Translations under genes and position numbers: made by a program
Assembly: GCA_964422065.1 (NCBI GenBank)
Contig: CAYQZW010000003.1
Coordinates: 1 to 56,525, forward strand
Reading direction: 5' to 3'
From: an uncultured bacterium
GTDB lineage: Bacteria; Hydrothermota; Hydrothermia; WGAB01
DNA: 56,525 bases
The notes under the pieces: model-generated
Told to the model about the DNA's origin: nothing
The model's input: only the letters and a program-made list of their open reading frames with translations
Database searches by the model: none
Shown here: positions 48,167 through 56,525 of the stretch, piece by piece
Position numbering within the stretch: position 1 is the first letter of the stretch
Layout: each line of letters begins with the position of its first letter

Positions 48167-49369
48167 ATGAGCAGAACACAAGAGATCATTGCGTGGACAG
48201 AAAAGTGGTCAGCCCGGAACTATGAGCCCCTCCCCGTGGTGATCGAACGGGGCGAAGGCGTTTGGGTTTATGATGTAGATGGGCGGCGGTACCTGGATAT
48301 GCTCTCGGCCTATTCCGCGTTGAACCAGGGCCACCGCCACCCCCGAATTCTCCAAGCATTAAAAGAACAAGCCGATCGCGTGACGTTGACCTCCCGCGCG
48401 TTTCACAACGACAAGATGGGCGAATTTCTGGGCAAACTCTGCCAAATCGCCGGCTATGAGAAGGCGTTGCCGATGAACACCGGGGCAGAGGCGGTGGAGA
48501 CTGCGATCAAGGCGGCCCGAAAATGGGGTTACCTCAAGAAGGGCGTGCCCGAGAACCAGGCCGAGATCATCGTGGCCGAGAACAACTTCCACGGCCGGAC
48601 CGTGACCATCATCAGTTTCTCGACGGAAGCCCAGTACCGGTACGGCTTCGGCCCGTTTACCCCTGGCTTCAAAATCATCCCGTTTAACGATCCCGAGGCT
48701 CTGGAAGAGGCCATCACCGAGAACACCGTGGCCTTCCTGGTCGAGCCGATCCAGGGGGAGGGGGGCGTGATTGTGCCCGATGAGGGCTACCTCCGCCAAA
48801 TCCGGGAAATCACCCGGAAACATCATGTCCTTCTGGTCCTGGACGAGATCCAGACCGGTTTGGGTCGGACCGGCAAACTCTTTGCTTTCCAGCATGAGGA
48901 TGCCCGGCCGGACATTTTGATCCTGGGCAAGGCGCTGGGGGGCGGCGTCTATCCGGTCTCGGCCATCCTGGCGGACGACGAGATCATGGAGGTGTTTACC
49001 CCCGGCGATCACGGTTCGACCTTTGGCGGGAACCCCCTGGCTGCCGCCGTGGGGATCGCCAGCCTGGAAGTGATCCTTGAGGAGGATCTGCCGGGCCGCG
49101 CCGCGGAACTCGGCGCTTACTTCATGGATCAACTCCGACAAATCCAGAGCCCCGCGATCCAGGAGGTCCGAGGGAAGGGGCTCTTAATCGGTGTAGAGAT
49201 CAAGCCAGAATATGGCACCGCCCGACCCTACTGCGAACGACTCTTAGAGGAGGGGATTCTGGCCAAGGACACCCACCATCAGGTGGTCCGTTTCGCGCCT
49301 CCTTTGGTCATCACACGGGAGGAGATTGACTGGGCACTGGAGCGGATCCGGAAGGTCTTTCAGGTTTGA
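48167..49369 (+). CDS. rocD: Ornithine--oxo-acid aminotransferase
   Basis: NYEPLPVV, SAYSALNQGH, PMNTGAEAVETA, EPIQGEGG, DEIQTGLGRTG, ILGKAL, HGSTFGGNPL; SD AGGAGG. Confidence 0.95.
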   Translation: MSRTQEIIAWTEKWSARNYEPLPVVIERGEGVWVYDVDGRRYLDMLSAYSALNQGHRHPRILQALKEQADRVTLTSRAFHNDKMGEFLGKLCQIAGYEKALPMNTGAEAVETAIKAARKWGYLKKGVPENQAEIIVAENNFHGRTVTIISFSTEAQYRYGFGPFTPGFKIIPFNDPEALEEAITENTVAFLVEPIQGEGGVIVPDEGYLRQIREITRKHHVLLVLDEIQTGLGRTGKLFAFQHEDARPDILILGKALGGGVYPVSAILADDEIMEVFTPGDHGSTFGGNPLAAAVGIASLEVILEEDLPGRAAELGAYFMDQLRQIQSPAIQEVRGKGLLIGVEIKPEYGTARPYCERLLEEGILAKDTHHQVVRFAPPLVITREEIDWALERIRKVFQV

Positions 49370-49725
49370 GGGACAGCGGATTTCTCAAGGGACTGTCCCA
49401 TCCAGTGGACAAGAGAAAGGTGGAGGGCGACCCGGATCGGAAAGAGCGGGTCCTGAGCACGGGCACTGGCTAAAAGGTAGGCCCCCCTCCCATGTGTGGG
49501 GTTAGGGATGGGGTGAGAAAGAGGGACCATCCCCATCGTTTGGATTGTCCGCCCCAACGAGTGCAGGTCGCCCTCCGTGTCTCTGGGAATGACCGATGTT
49601 GCCCGTGCCAAGTCATCATTGAAATCATCGCCATCGACCCTCTTAGAGGCCTCCCAGAATTCTCTCGCTACGTAAGTCATTGTCCCCCAGAGCGTTGGGA
49701 TCCATACGCGAGACTCCGAATGTCC

Positions 49726-49762
49726 TTGCTTGAGGCTCCAATCGGAGTTAAAATTGAGCCTC
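49726..49762 (+). promoter_or_regulatory. Sigma70-like promoter with overlapping inverted repeat (candidate RHH operator)
   Basis: TTGCTT-17-TAAAAT; GAGGCTC (49732-38) / GAGCCTC (49756-62). Confidence 0.55.
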
Positions 49763-49788
49763 GTTTGGGTGTGTTGTAAGGAGAGACG

Positions 49789-50001
49789 ATGGAACGCGTG
49801 ACGTTGAAAATCCCGAAGCCCTTGTATGAGCAACTCAAGGAAATCATCAAGGGGACTGGATTCTCCAGTGTCACCGAGTTTGTGGTGTATGTGCTTCGGG
49901 ATGTGGTGGCACTGGGCAAGATGGCGGAGGAGGGGGGATTGAGCGAGGAAGAAAAAGAGCAGTTGCGGAAACGGCTAAGGAGTTTGGGGTATCTGAAATA
50001 A
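49789..50001 (+). CDS. CopG/ribbon-helix-helix transcriptional regulator
   Basis: VTLKIPKPLYE...TGFSSVTEFVVYVLR...RLRSLGYL; SD AAGGAG. Confidence 0.85.
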   Translation: MERVTLKIPKPLYEQLKEIIKGTGFSSVTEFVVYVLRDVVALGKMAEEGGLSEEEKEQLRKRLRSLGYLK

Positions 50002-51392
50002 TGAGTCCCTACCGATGGCTGAAGCGGGTGATCCTATTCGGGGGACTGGGCATCTTCGTCTTTACGCTCCTCAGTCCGCCGATCTTCGGTCTTACCGTGA
50101 CCGCCCAACGGGCTTTGGGCGTCTTCTTCCTGACGGTTTCATTTTGGATCACAGGAGATCCTTTACCTCCTGCCGTCACGGGGCTCATGGTTCTGGCATT
50201 AGTCCCCTTGCTGGACATCCTGCCTGCCACCGAGACCTTTGCGTTGTTTGGGAACCGTGCGGTCTTTTTTATCCTTGGGGCGTTCATTCTGGCCGCGGGG
50301 TTGATGAAATCGGGGTTGGCCCGTCGTGTCAGTCTGCAGCTCCTCCATGCCTTTCAGGGGTCCGTTTTTCGGCTTGTCTCAGGAATTTTCCTAACCGCGA
50401 ACTTGTTAGCCTATCTCATGCCGGCCCACGCAGCCGCCGCCCTCCTCTTCCCGGTGGTCTTGCGGATCGCCCATGACCTGCGGCTGCCCAAGGAACACCG
50501 ACGTTTTGAAGCCCTCCTCTTCCTCGCCATGGCCTGGGGGAGTGGCATCGGCGGCATTGCCACACCGCTGGGGGGCGCCCGGGCACCCCTCGCAATCGGC
50601 ATGCTTCAGGAAGAGTTTGGCATCTCCATACAGTTCTTCCAATGGACCTTCATGGCCTGGCCCCTCTCGATCTTCTTGACCCTCTTCGGCCTGGCGTATC
50701 TCTATCTTCTGACCCGAGGGTTTCAGGGGAAGGTGGACCTCTATCGGATCCGAGAAGACCTTTCTCTGGATCGCTCACCCTGGAAGCCAGAGGAACAGAA
50801 AATCGCAGTGGTCTTTGGATTAGCTCTTGTGGCTTGGATCTTTCTTAATCACAAGGTGGATATGGCGGTCGTTGCAGTGATTGCTGCAGTCCTGCTCTTC
50901 ATCCTCCGAGTCCTGACCTGGCGCGATGTCGAGAACTACGTAAACTGGGGGGTCATTTTGATGTACGGAGGCGCCATTGTCCTCGGCAAGACGCTGGTAG
51001 CTTCCGGAGGCGCTGCATGGTTGGCCGATCGTGTCATCCTGCCTCTGGCCCATACGCCCTGGCAAACCTTTGCCATCTTTGCGGCACTGGCCCTCATCCT
51101 GACCGAAGCCATGAGCAATGTGGCGACCGTGGCCTTCCTGTTGCCGATCCTCTATGGAATCGTTCAACCCTTGGGCGTGTCCCCATTTTTGGCGACCCTC
51201 ACCGTGACACTCCCCGCTGGCCTGGCGTTCATGCTCCCTGTCGGCGCTCCCCCCAATGCGATCGCCTTTTCCTCTGGACGATACAGCGTCGCCTTTGGGG
51301 TCAAACGCGGATGGCCCTTGACGATTGTGGCCTTCTTGGGCTTGTTGGTGATTGCCCGCTTCCTCTGGCCGGCCCTGGGGGTCCGCTTCTAA
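50001..51392 (+). CDS. SLC13/DASS sodium:anion symporter
   Basis: IGGIATPLGGAR, VNWGVILMYGG, TEAMSN, AFMLPVGAPPNAI. Confidence 0.9.
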   Translation: MSPYRWLKRVILFGGLGIFVFTLLSPPIFGLTVTAQRALGVFFLTVSFWITGDPLPPAVTGLMVLALVPLLDILPATETFALFGNRAVFFILGAFILAAGLMKSGLARRVSLQLLHAFQGSVFRLVSGIFLTANLLAYLMPAHAAAALLFPVVLRIAHDLRLPKEHRRFEALLFLAMAWGSGIGGIATPLGGARAPLAIGMLQEEFGISIQFFQWTFMAWPLSIFLTLFGLAYLYLLTRGFQGKVDLYRIREDLSLDRSPWKPEEQKIAVVFGLALVAWIFLNHKVDMAVVAVIAAVLLFILRVLTWRDVENYVNWGVILMYGGAIVLGKTLVASGGAAWLADRVILPLAHTPWQTFAIFAALALILTEAMSNVATVAFLLPILYGIVQPLGVSPFLATLTVTLPAGLAFMLPVGAPPNAIAFSSGRYSVAFGVKRGWPLTIVAFLGLLVIARFLWPALGVRF

Positions 51393-52360
51393 AGGAATGT
51401 CTCTACGAACTGCTCCAACATCTTCTTTTCGCCGAGCACGATGAGCACATCGCCGGGCTGAAACACTAAGGTCGGATCGGGATTGATCATCATCTCCCCT
51501 GCCCGTTTTAATGCCACAACAACCACATTGGCACGTTTGCGAAGGTCCAGTTCCTGGAGACTATGTCCCTGGATCGGTGACCCAGGACGCACGGTGTACT
51601 CCCGCATCTCCAGTTCCAGGTTCTTTTTGATCAGGGCAAGGTCTACAAAGTCCATCAACGCAGGATTCACAAGGTGTAGGGCGATCCGATAGCCTGAGAC
51701 CCGATAGGGAGCGATGACTTCGCTTGCGCCTGCCCGATAGAGTTTTCGTTCGGCTTCTTCGGTCAGGGCTCGAGCCACGATGATCAGGTCAGGATTGAGG
51801 AGACGGGCAGTCATGACCAGGTACAGGTTATCGGCGTCTGAAGGCAACAGGGCAGCCAGACCCTTGGCATGTTGGATACCCGCGGCGCGGAGGATCTCTT
51901 CGTCGGTCGCATCCCCGATCACGAAGGAGTACTTCTTTTCCTTGAGGACTTCGGTCTGCCCGGGATCGCGGTCGATGACCACGAAAGGGACCCGTTCCAT
52001 TTGAAGCCGCTCGGCGGCCGCACTGCCCATGCGGCCATGCCCACAGATGATGTAATGTCCACGTAACCGTTTCACGGCCCGAATGGACCTCCTTCCCAGG
52101 AGTTCTCCCAGTTTAAGTTCCAGGGCCCATCGTGCGACCTGAGAGAGCCCATAGGTGACAATCCCCAGGCCAAAGAGGATGAGGAAAAGCGTAAAGACCC
52201 GACCCGGTGGCGAAAGGGGGTGAACCTCGCCAAACCCCACCGTCGTGACCGTGATCACGGTCTGATACAACGCGTCCAGGAGTGAGAACTGCTCGATGAG
52301 GTGGTACCCAACTGTGCCGGTAAAGAGGAGGAGAAACAGGGCCGCCAGCGTAATCCGCAA
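51389..52360 (-). CDS. Two-TM potassium channel with TrkA-N/RCK domains
   Basis: Selectivity filter TTVGFG, ICGHGRMG, GDATDE, TrkA-C domain. Confidence 0.9.
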   Translation of the reverse strand: MRITLAALFLLLFTGTVGYHLIEQFSLLDALYQTVITVTTVGFGEVHPLSPPGRVFTLFLILFGLGIVTYGLSQVARWALELKLGELLGRRSIRAVKRLRGHYIICGHGRMGSAAAERLQMERVPFVVIDRDPGQTEVLKEKKYSFVIGDATDEEILRAAGIQHAKGLAALLPSDADNLYLVMTARLLNPDLIIVARALTEEAERKLYRAGASEVIAPYRVSGYRIALHLVNPALMDFVDLALIKKNLELEMREYTVRPGSPIQGHSLQELDLRKRANVVVVALKRAGEMMINPDPTLVFQPGDVLIVLGEKKMLEQFVETFL

Positions 52361-52372
52361 GGTCGCTTCTCA

Positions 52373-54346
52373 CTATGGCTGAGAGGTTTTTTCGCCCAAG
52401 ATGACGAACTCGACCCGGCGGTTCTTGGCGCGGTTTTCGGGCGAGTCGTTGGGCACGATCGGCTTGCTCTCGCCGTAACCTTTCGCAATCAGGCGGTCGG
52501 GTTCAATCCCATGGTCAATCAGGTATTGCCGGACTGCCTCGGCGCGTTTTTGCGAGAGTTTTAAGTTAAATGCCTCCGACCCGATATCGTCCGTATGCCC
52601 CTGAATCTCCACGATGACATTGGGGTTCTCCTTGAGGAGTTCGACGATTTGGTCCAGGACCGGATAGGACTCGGGCTTCAGTGTGGCCTTCCCGGATTCG
52701 AAGTAGATGTTCTGGAACCGGAGGGTCATCCCCTTCTTCAAGAGCCCGAAATCTACGATGGTAGGCTGTCCCTTCTCGATGACGATAGGCTTGCCCTGCG
52801 GGATGTAGCCCTCGGCCTCGACCCGGACCGCATAGGTGCCCACCGGGAGATCGACGCGAAAGACGCCGGTCGTGGAATCTGTCCAAATAGGTTCTATGTC
52901 GGAGTTCAGGAAGGTGATTTTCGCATACAGAGGGGCCTGGGTCTTTTGGTCAAAGACACGGCCCGTGAAGGTCCCTTTGGGAGTCTCTTTCGGCTGTTCT
53001 CGGGTGAGAAAGATGTCTTTGACCGTAGGCTGGCCCTCCGTGACGACAATAGAGGTCAAGAACGGCTTGTACCCTTGGAGTTTCACCTTGAGAGTGTAAA
53101 GGCCCGCAGGCAAGGAATCGAAGAAATACTGACCAGTAGAGGGATCTGACCACGCGGTGTATGTCTTCTTCCCTTGGACCAAGACCAGTTCGACGGAGAG
53201 GGGCATGTTCGTCATGCCATCTACGACGATCCCGCCCAAGCTTCCATAGGCCAGCGGTGCCGGTTGTTCCTCTTCGGGTTGTTCCTTTTGAACCACCAGA
53301 GTTTCAGGGGGAGGAGGAGCCACGGGGGGCTGTTCGGAGGGCTGAGGTTGAGAGGGAGGCTGGACCTTGGGCGCCTCTGGAGCCCAAGAAAAAGCATACG
53401 TGAAACCGAACCCTACGCCGTAGTCGGGCTTGTACGGGAAGAAGAGGCTGGGCTCATGCCCAAGACCGGGGAGGAGATGGGTGAAGAAGAGGTGGATGTT
53501 GAATTGGGAGCCGGGGTAGGGACCCGACTCGAGTCCCAAGGTCGCGACTCCCCACCCTTCTCCGTATCGTTGTTGGGTGGTGGAGCGGGTAAATCGTTCG
53601 GTATAGTCCTCGAAGAACAGGCGGGCGCGGGGCAAGCGGATCTCCAGTCCTGCCCCAAAAGCGAAGGTCTGGGCCTCTCCACTCAGCCGGGATCGGGTCC
53701 ATCCGGCGTTGAGGTGGAGTCCCATGACTGGGGCAGGGCGAAGCGTGAGGGCGAAGGTTACACCAAGGGCGGCGTTCTGACTTGCAAAACGCCGAAAATA
53801 GCCTCCCTTGTACATCCACGCAATTGCTGCGGTATCGAGATCGGTGGAATCCCGGAACGATTTGGGGCCCAGTGGGATCCACATTTGGGGGATGACGGCC
53901 AGGGTGATGGCTTGTTTCCAAGGCAAACTTGCCTTCAGGGTCAGGGCCACATCCCCCAACCCCAAAGCCATCCGGGGCTTCGTGGAACGGGGGAGGAAGG
54001 TCGTGTCCTGTTGCACATACAAAATGTTCTGGTCAGGATAAAAGATGTCGGTTGCGAATTGTAGGTCTGCGCCCAGTTCCACAAATCGGCTCAAGGAGAG
54101 CCCGATTCCGGTGTGCGCGTCCAGAGCCGCAGCAAAATCGGTCCCTGTCCGGATCTCCGTTTCACTCGCCCGGAGTTTGCCCTCGACGGGAAGTTTTGAA
54201 AGGTAGCTCTGGAGATCGAGTAACGTCAAGTGCAAAACTTGAGGTCCGCGGGTATCTGCGGTGAAGACGCGATAAAGGCTCCCGACGGAATACGGCCCGG
54301 GGAAGCCCAGAAGCCAAGTCATGACACTTGTCCAGATCAAACCCAT
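52373..54346 (-). CDS. OmpA-family protein: barrel-like N-domain, Pro-rich linker, two carboxypeptidase-regulatory-like domains, OmpA_C
   Basis: IYFESGKA, EIQGHTD, NLKLSQKRA, GYGESKP, NRRVE; two G.V.D..T..PL repeats. Confidence 0.85.
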   Translation of the reverse strand: MGLIWTSVMTWLLGFPGPYSVGSLYRVFTADTRGPQVLHLTLLDLQSYLSKLPVEGKLRASETEIRTGTDFAAALDAHTGIGLSLSRFVELGADLQFATDIFYPDQNILYVQQDTTFLPRSTKPRMALGLGDVALTLKASLPWKQAITLAVIPQMWIPLGPKSFRDSTDLDTAAIAWMYKGGYFRRFASQNAALGVTFALTLRPAPVMGLHLNAGWTRSRLSGEAQTFAFGAGLEIRLPRARLFFEDYTERFTRSTTQQRYGEGWGVATLGLESGPYPGSQFNIHLFFTHLLPGLGHEPSLFFPYKPDYGVGFGFTYAFSWAPEAPKVQPPSQPQPSEQPPVAPPPPETLVVQKEQPEEEQPAPLAYGSLGGIVVDGMTNMPLSVELVLVQGKKTYTAWSDPSTGQYFFDSLPAGLYTLKVKLQGYKPFLTSIVVTEGQPTVKDIFLTREQPKETPKGTFTGRVFDQKTQAPLYAKITFLNSDIEPIWTDSTTGVFRVDLPVGTYAVRVEAEGYIPQGKPIVIEKGQPTIVDFGLLKKGMTLRFQNIYFESGKATLKPESYPVLDQIVELLKENPNVIVEIQGHTDDIGSEAFNLKLSQKRAEAVRQYLIDHGIEPDRLIAKGYGESKPIVPNDSPENRAKNRRVEFVILGEKTSQP

Positions 54347-54357
54347 GGAAACCCTCC

Positions 54358-55167
54358 TTACGGCTGATGATCCAGAGCACTTTGTGAGGTCCCCTCCTGA
54401 GCCTGGAGTTTCTTAAACGGCCAGATGCGATACTTCAAGCCCAAGATTTTGGCTTTTCGGATTAGAGACGGTGAGGCATTGGAATCTTCGATGATTTCGT
54501 AGATGAGGGGCGTCGCCTGGTCCGGATCGTTTTGAAGGAGGTAGTACTCCGCAAGGTAGTATTTGGCCTGCCAAGCGGCCCGGGACTCGGGATATTCCCG
54601 GAGAAGGAGGTCGAGATAGAACTTTTCAGCCTCATACATCTTGAGGTTCCGATAAGTCACCGCAGCGATGAGCATTTTTTGGGCGAGTTTTTCTTTGGCC
54701 TGACGCAAAAGGGCCCGCGCCGTGTCCGCCAGAGGAGAGTCTGGATAACGTGCCAGAAAACGCCGAAACAATCGAATAGACTGTTCGGTGTCCGTCTGGT
54801 CCAGTTCCGGGGGCGGGCTCTTACGAAGATAGGCTTCGGCAATCCGGAGTTCCGCCTTCGGCACATACTCCATGGAAGGGAAATTGTCAATGAGAAATCG
54901 GTATTCGATGATCGCCTGGTCGTAGTCCTTTGCGTGGAAATAGGATTCTGCGAGATAGAATTGGGCATCGTCTGCCATCCCCGAGGTGGGGTATCGGTAG
55001 ATGAATCGTTGGAAGAGTTCGGCCGCGCGAGTGTACTTGCCCTGGCGGTAAAGCGCCTGGGCCTGCTCAAAGAGCGTGGTGGGGGAATCTGGGATGACCG
55101 TTTGCCGCTGGACGCAGGCAGTTAGGGCCAGAATGACTGAAAAAACCAGGAAATTTCGGAAGGCCAT
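54358..55167 (-). CDS. bamD: Outer membrane protein assembly lipoprotein BamD
   Basis: Lipobox LTAC, TPR repeats, ELDQTDT motif, RYPDS. Confidence 0.85.
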   Translation of the reverse strand: MAFRNFLVFSVILALTACVQRQTVIPDSPTTLFEQAQALYRQGKYTRAAELFQRFIYRYPTSGMADDAQFYLAESYFHAKDYDQAIIEYRFLIDNFPSMEYVPKAELRIAEAYLRKSPPPELDQTDTEQSIRLFRRFLARYPDSPLADTARALLRQAKEKLAQKMLIAAVTYRNLKMYEAEKFYLDLLLREYPESRAAWQAKYYLAEYYLLQNDPDQATPLIYEIIEDSNASPSLIRKAKILGLKYRIWPFKKLQAQEGTSQSALDHQP

Positions 55168-55393
55168 AGCCTTTCTATGGTATTGCACCGCTGAAGTTTC
55201 TGCAACTCTCAAGACTTCAGGCGATGGTTGACAACAGGGGTTGACATCGGCTACAATGAAATTTTCGAATAATGCCCTTGGGTGAGCAGGGTTAGGTGAT
55301 TTTGCTTGTGTTGTAAAGTCAAACATAAGAAGCCGTCCTATCGACGCTGGAGGGAAAATTGTTTCCCCTCACAAGCAAGGAGGTTCATTTTTT

Positions 55394-56525
55394 ATGTCCC
55401 CCAGTGTGATTGAGTGGATTGCCAAACGGCCGATTCGGACCCTCACCACATGGGGGCTCGGCATCCTCCTTGCCGTTGTCTTCCCTTTGGCTACTGCTGG
55501 GAGTTGGCTCCTTTACAAGACCTATACGTTGAACTGGCAGGTGGAGGACCTTGCCCAGCAATATGACCACATCCTCCAGCTCACGATCCTCCACGATGCC
55601 TTGGTCCAGGACTTAGTGCAAGGGCTCGGCTTTGGCGACTCTGCGGCACTCTCCCGAGTCCCAGTCCATCTTTCCCGTTTCGAGAAGGAGTTTGCGGGGC
55701 TGGGACAGACTGAGTACCGATCCACAGAGGCCATCCGCGCCCAAACGGAGTTAGCGCAGGCTTGGTGGGCCTTTAAAGAAAAGCTTTCCTCCAGAATGGC
55801 TGCCCCGGGTGGAGCCTCGGCAGCCCTCCAAACCCTTCTGGCCTCCTTAAACGAAGTGAACTTGCCGTTGCTGTCCTTAGACCGGACGATTTCTGATGAG
55901 GAGGAAATCATCCGGGCCCGTGCTCGGCGGTACCATAACCAACTGGTATGGGTCTCCTGGCTCCTGTGGGGAGTCTTTGGGGTTGGCTTGACAGGCTTGT
56001 TCTTGCTCCGCAGGCTCCACCGGACCTTGGTCCAACGGGAGGCCCTCCAATGGGCCATTCAAGAGGTTTCTCATGAGCAAGATCTTTCCGCCCTGCTCCA
56101 GCAGGTCTTGGAGCACGCGATGCAAATCCTGGAGGCAGATCGAGGGGCCATTTATCTCCTTCAACGACAAGGGAAAGGGCTCTTCGCGGCACAGTCGATA
56201 GGCCTTTCTGAACGCTACATTCAGGTGCTGATGAAGTACCAGGATCGGGTCCCGGGGAGCAGGGCGCTTCAGAAGAAACAAGCCGTGCAGATTGTGGATC
56301 TGTCGAAGGATCCGACCGTCCAGGATCTTCCCGAGTTCCACCAAGCCGTGAAAGAGGAGGGGATCCGGACGCTCTTGGTCATTCCGATTCAGTGGAATAG
56401 CGAGCCTATTGGAGCCCTAACCCTATATCGTAACCGCCCCAAGGCATTTAAAAATGATGAGGTGCAGTTGGGTGCAGCCTACAGCCAGCAGATCGCATGG
56501 CTCCTGGAGCGCGAGCAGCGGATCC
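55394..56525 (+). CDS. Membrane sensor with two TM helices, helical extracytoplasmic domain and GAF domain (runs off the right edge)
   Basis: Not in the ORF track; translated by hand from ATG 55394 (SD AAGGAGG): MSPSVIEWIAK...TM...TM...DLSALLQQVLEHAMQILEADRGAIYLL...GIRTLLVIPI...IGALTLY; open to the window end. Confidence 0.82.
   Translation, partial: MSPSVIEWIAKRPIRTLTTWGLGILLAVVFPLATAGSWLLYKTYTLNWQVEDLAQQYDHILQLTILHDALVQDLVQGLGFGDSAALSRVPVHLSRFEKEFAGLGQTEYRSTEAIRAQTELAQAWWAFKEKLSSRMAAPGGASAALQTLLASLNEVNLPLLSLDRTISDEEEIIRARARRYHNQLVWVSWLLWGVFGVGLTGLFLLRRLHRTLVQREALQWAIQEVSHEQDLSALLQQVLEHAMQILEADRGAIYLLQRQGKGLFAAQSIGLSERYIQVLMKYQDRVPGSRALQKKQAVQIVDLSKDPTVQDLPEFHQAVKEEGIRTLLVIPIQWNSEPIGALTLYRNRPKAFKNDEVQLGAAYSQQIAWLLEREQRI

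Noticed and set aside
49360-49833. Minus-strand 157-aa ORF and plus-strand 95-aa ORF between rocD and copG
   Set aside because: No recognisable family or typical composition; the minus ORF overlaps both flanking genes. A short version from ATG 49680 cannot be fully excluded.
52358-52375. K+ channel in frame with the OmpA gene (possible readthrough fusion)
   Set aside because: Two consecutive stops (TAG TGA) and incompatible localisations.
1-56525. GGTGGTGG as a Chi-like motif; also CRISPR, tRNA, IS or prophage
   Set aside because: Most copies are in CDS and explained by Val-Val, Thr-Thr or Trp-Trp codons. No repeat-spacer array, cloverleaf, transposase or integrase was seen.

Overview
A GC-rich, gene-dense chromosomal window from a diderm bacterium. 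It encodes BamD, LolE/LolD, a TonB-dependent receptor, an OmpA-family protein and five secreted proteins with T9SS/FlgD-type C-terminal domains; this gene style resembles FCB-related candidate phyla such as WOR-3 (inference only). About 47 CDS are supported. Housekeeping genes include lysS, murJ, dcd-recA-tpiA-secG-rplU, surE-pcm, apgM, rocD and bamD. There is also a two-gene glutaminase + NadE NAD synthetase, a sqr-DUF1641-tusE-dsrE sulfur cassette, an ECF sigma/anti-sigma/DUF4097/DegP operon, two GAF sensor proteins and several transporters. I saw no tRNA, rRNA, CRISPR array or mobile element. Main leads: (1) a umuDC operon whose UmuD has lost both self-cleavage catalytic residues and has a Met exactly at the scissile position, next to an intact UmuC; (2) systematic leaderless transcription (-10 box 7 nt before the start codon in six genes); (3) an orphan ~210-nt intergenic element with two crossed long helices (candidate pseudoknotted ncRNA); (4) a giant C25 gingipain/FG-GAP protein sitting where rpmA normally follows rplU.
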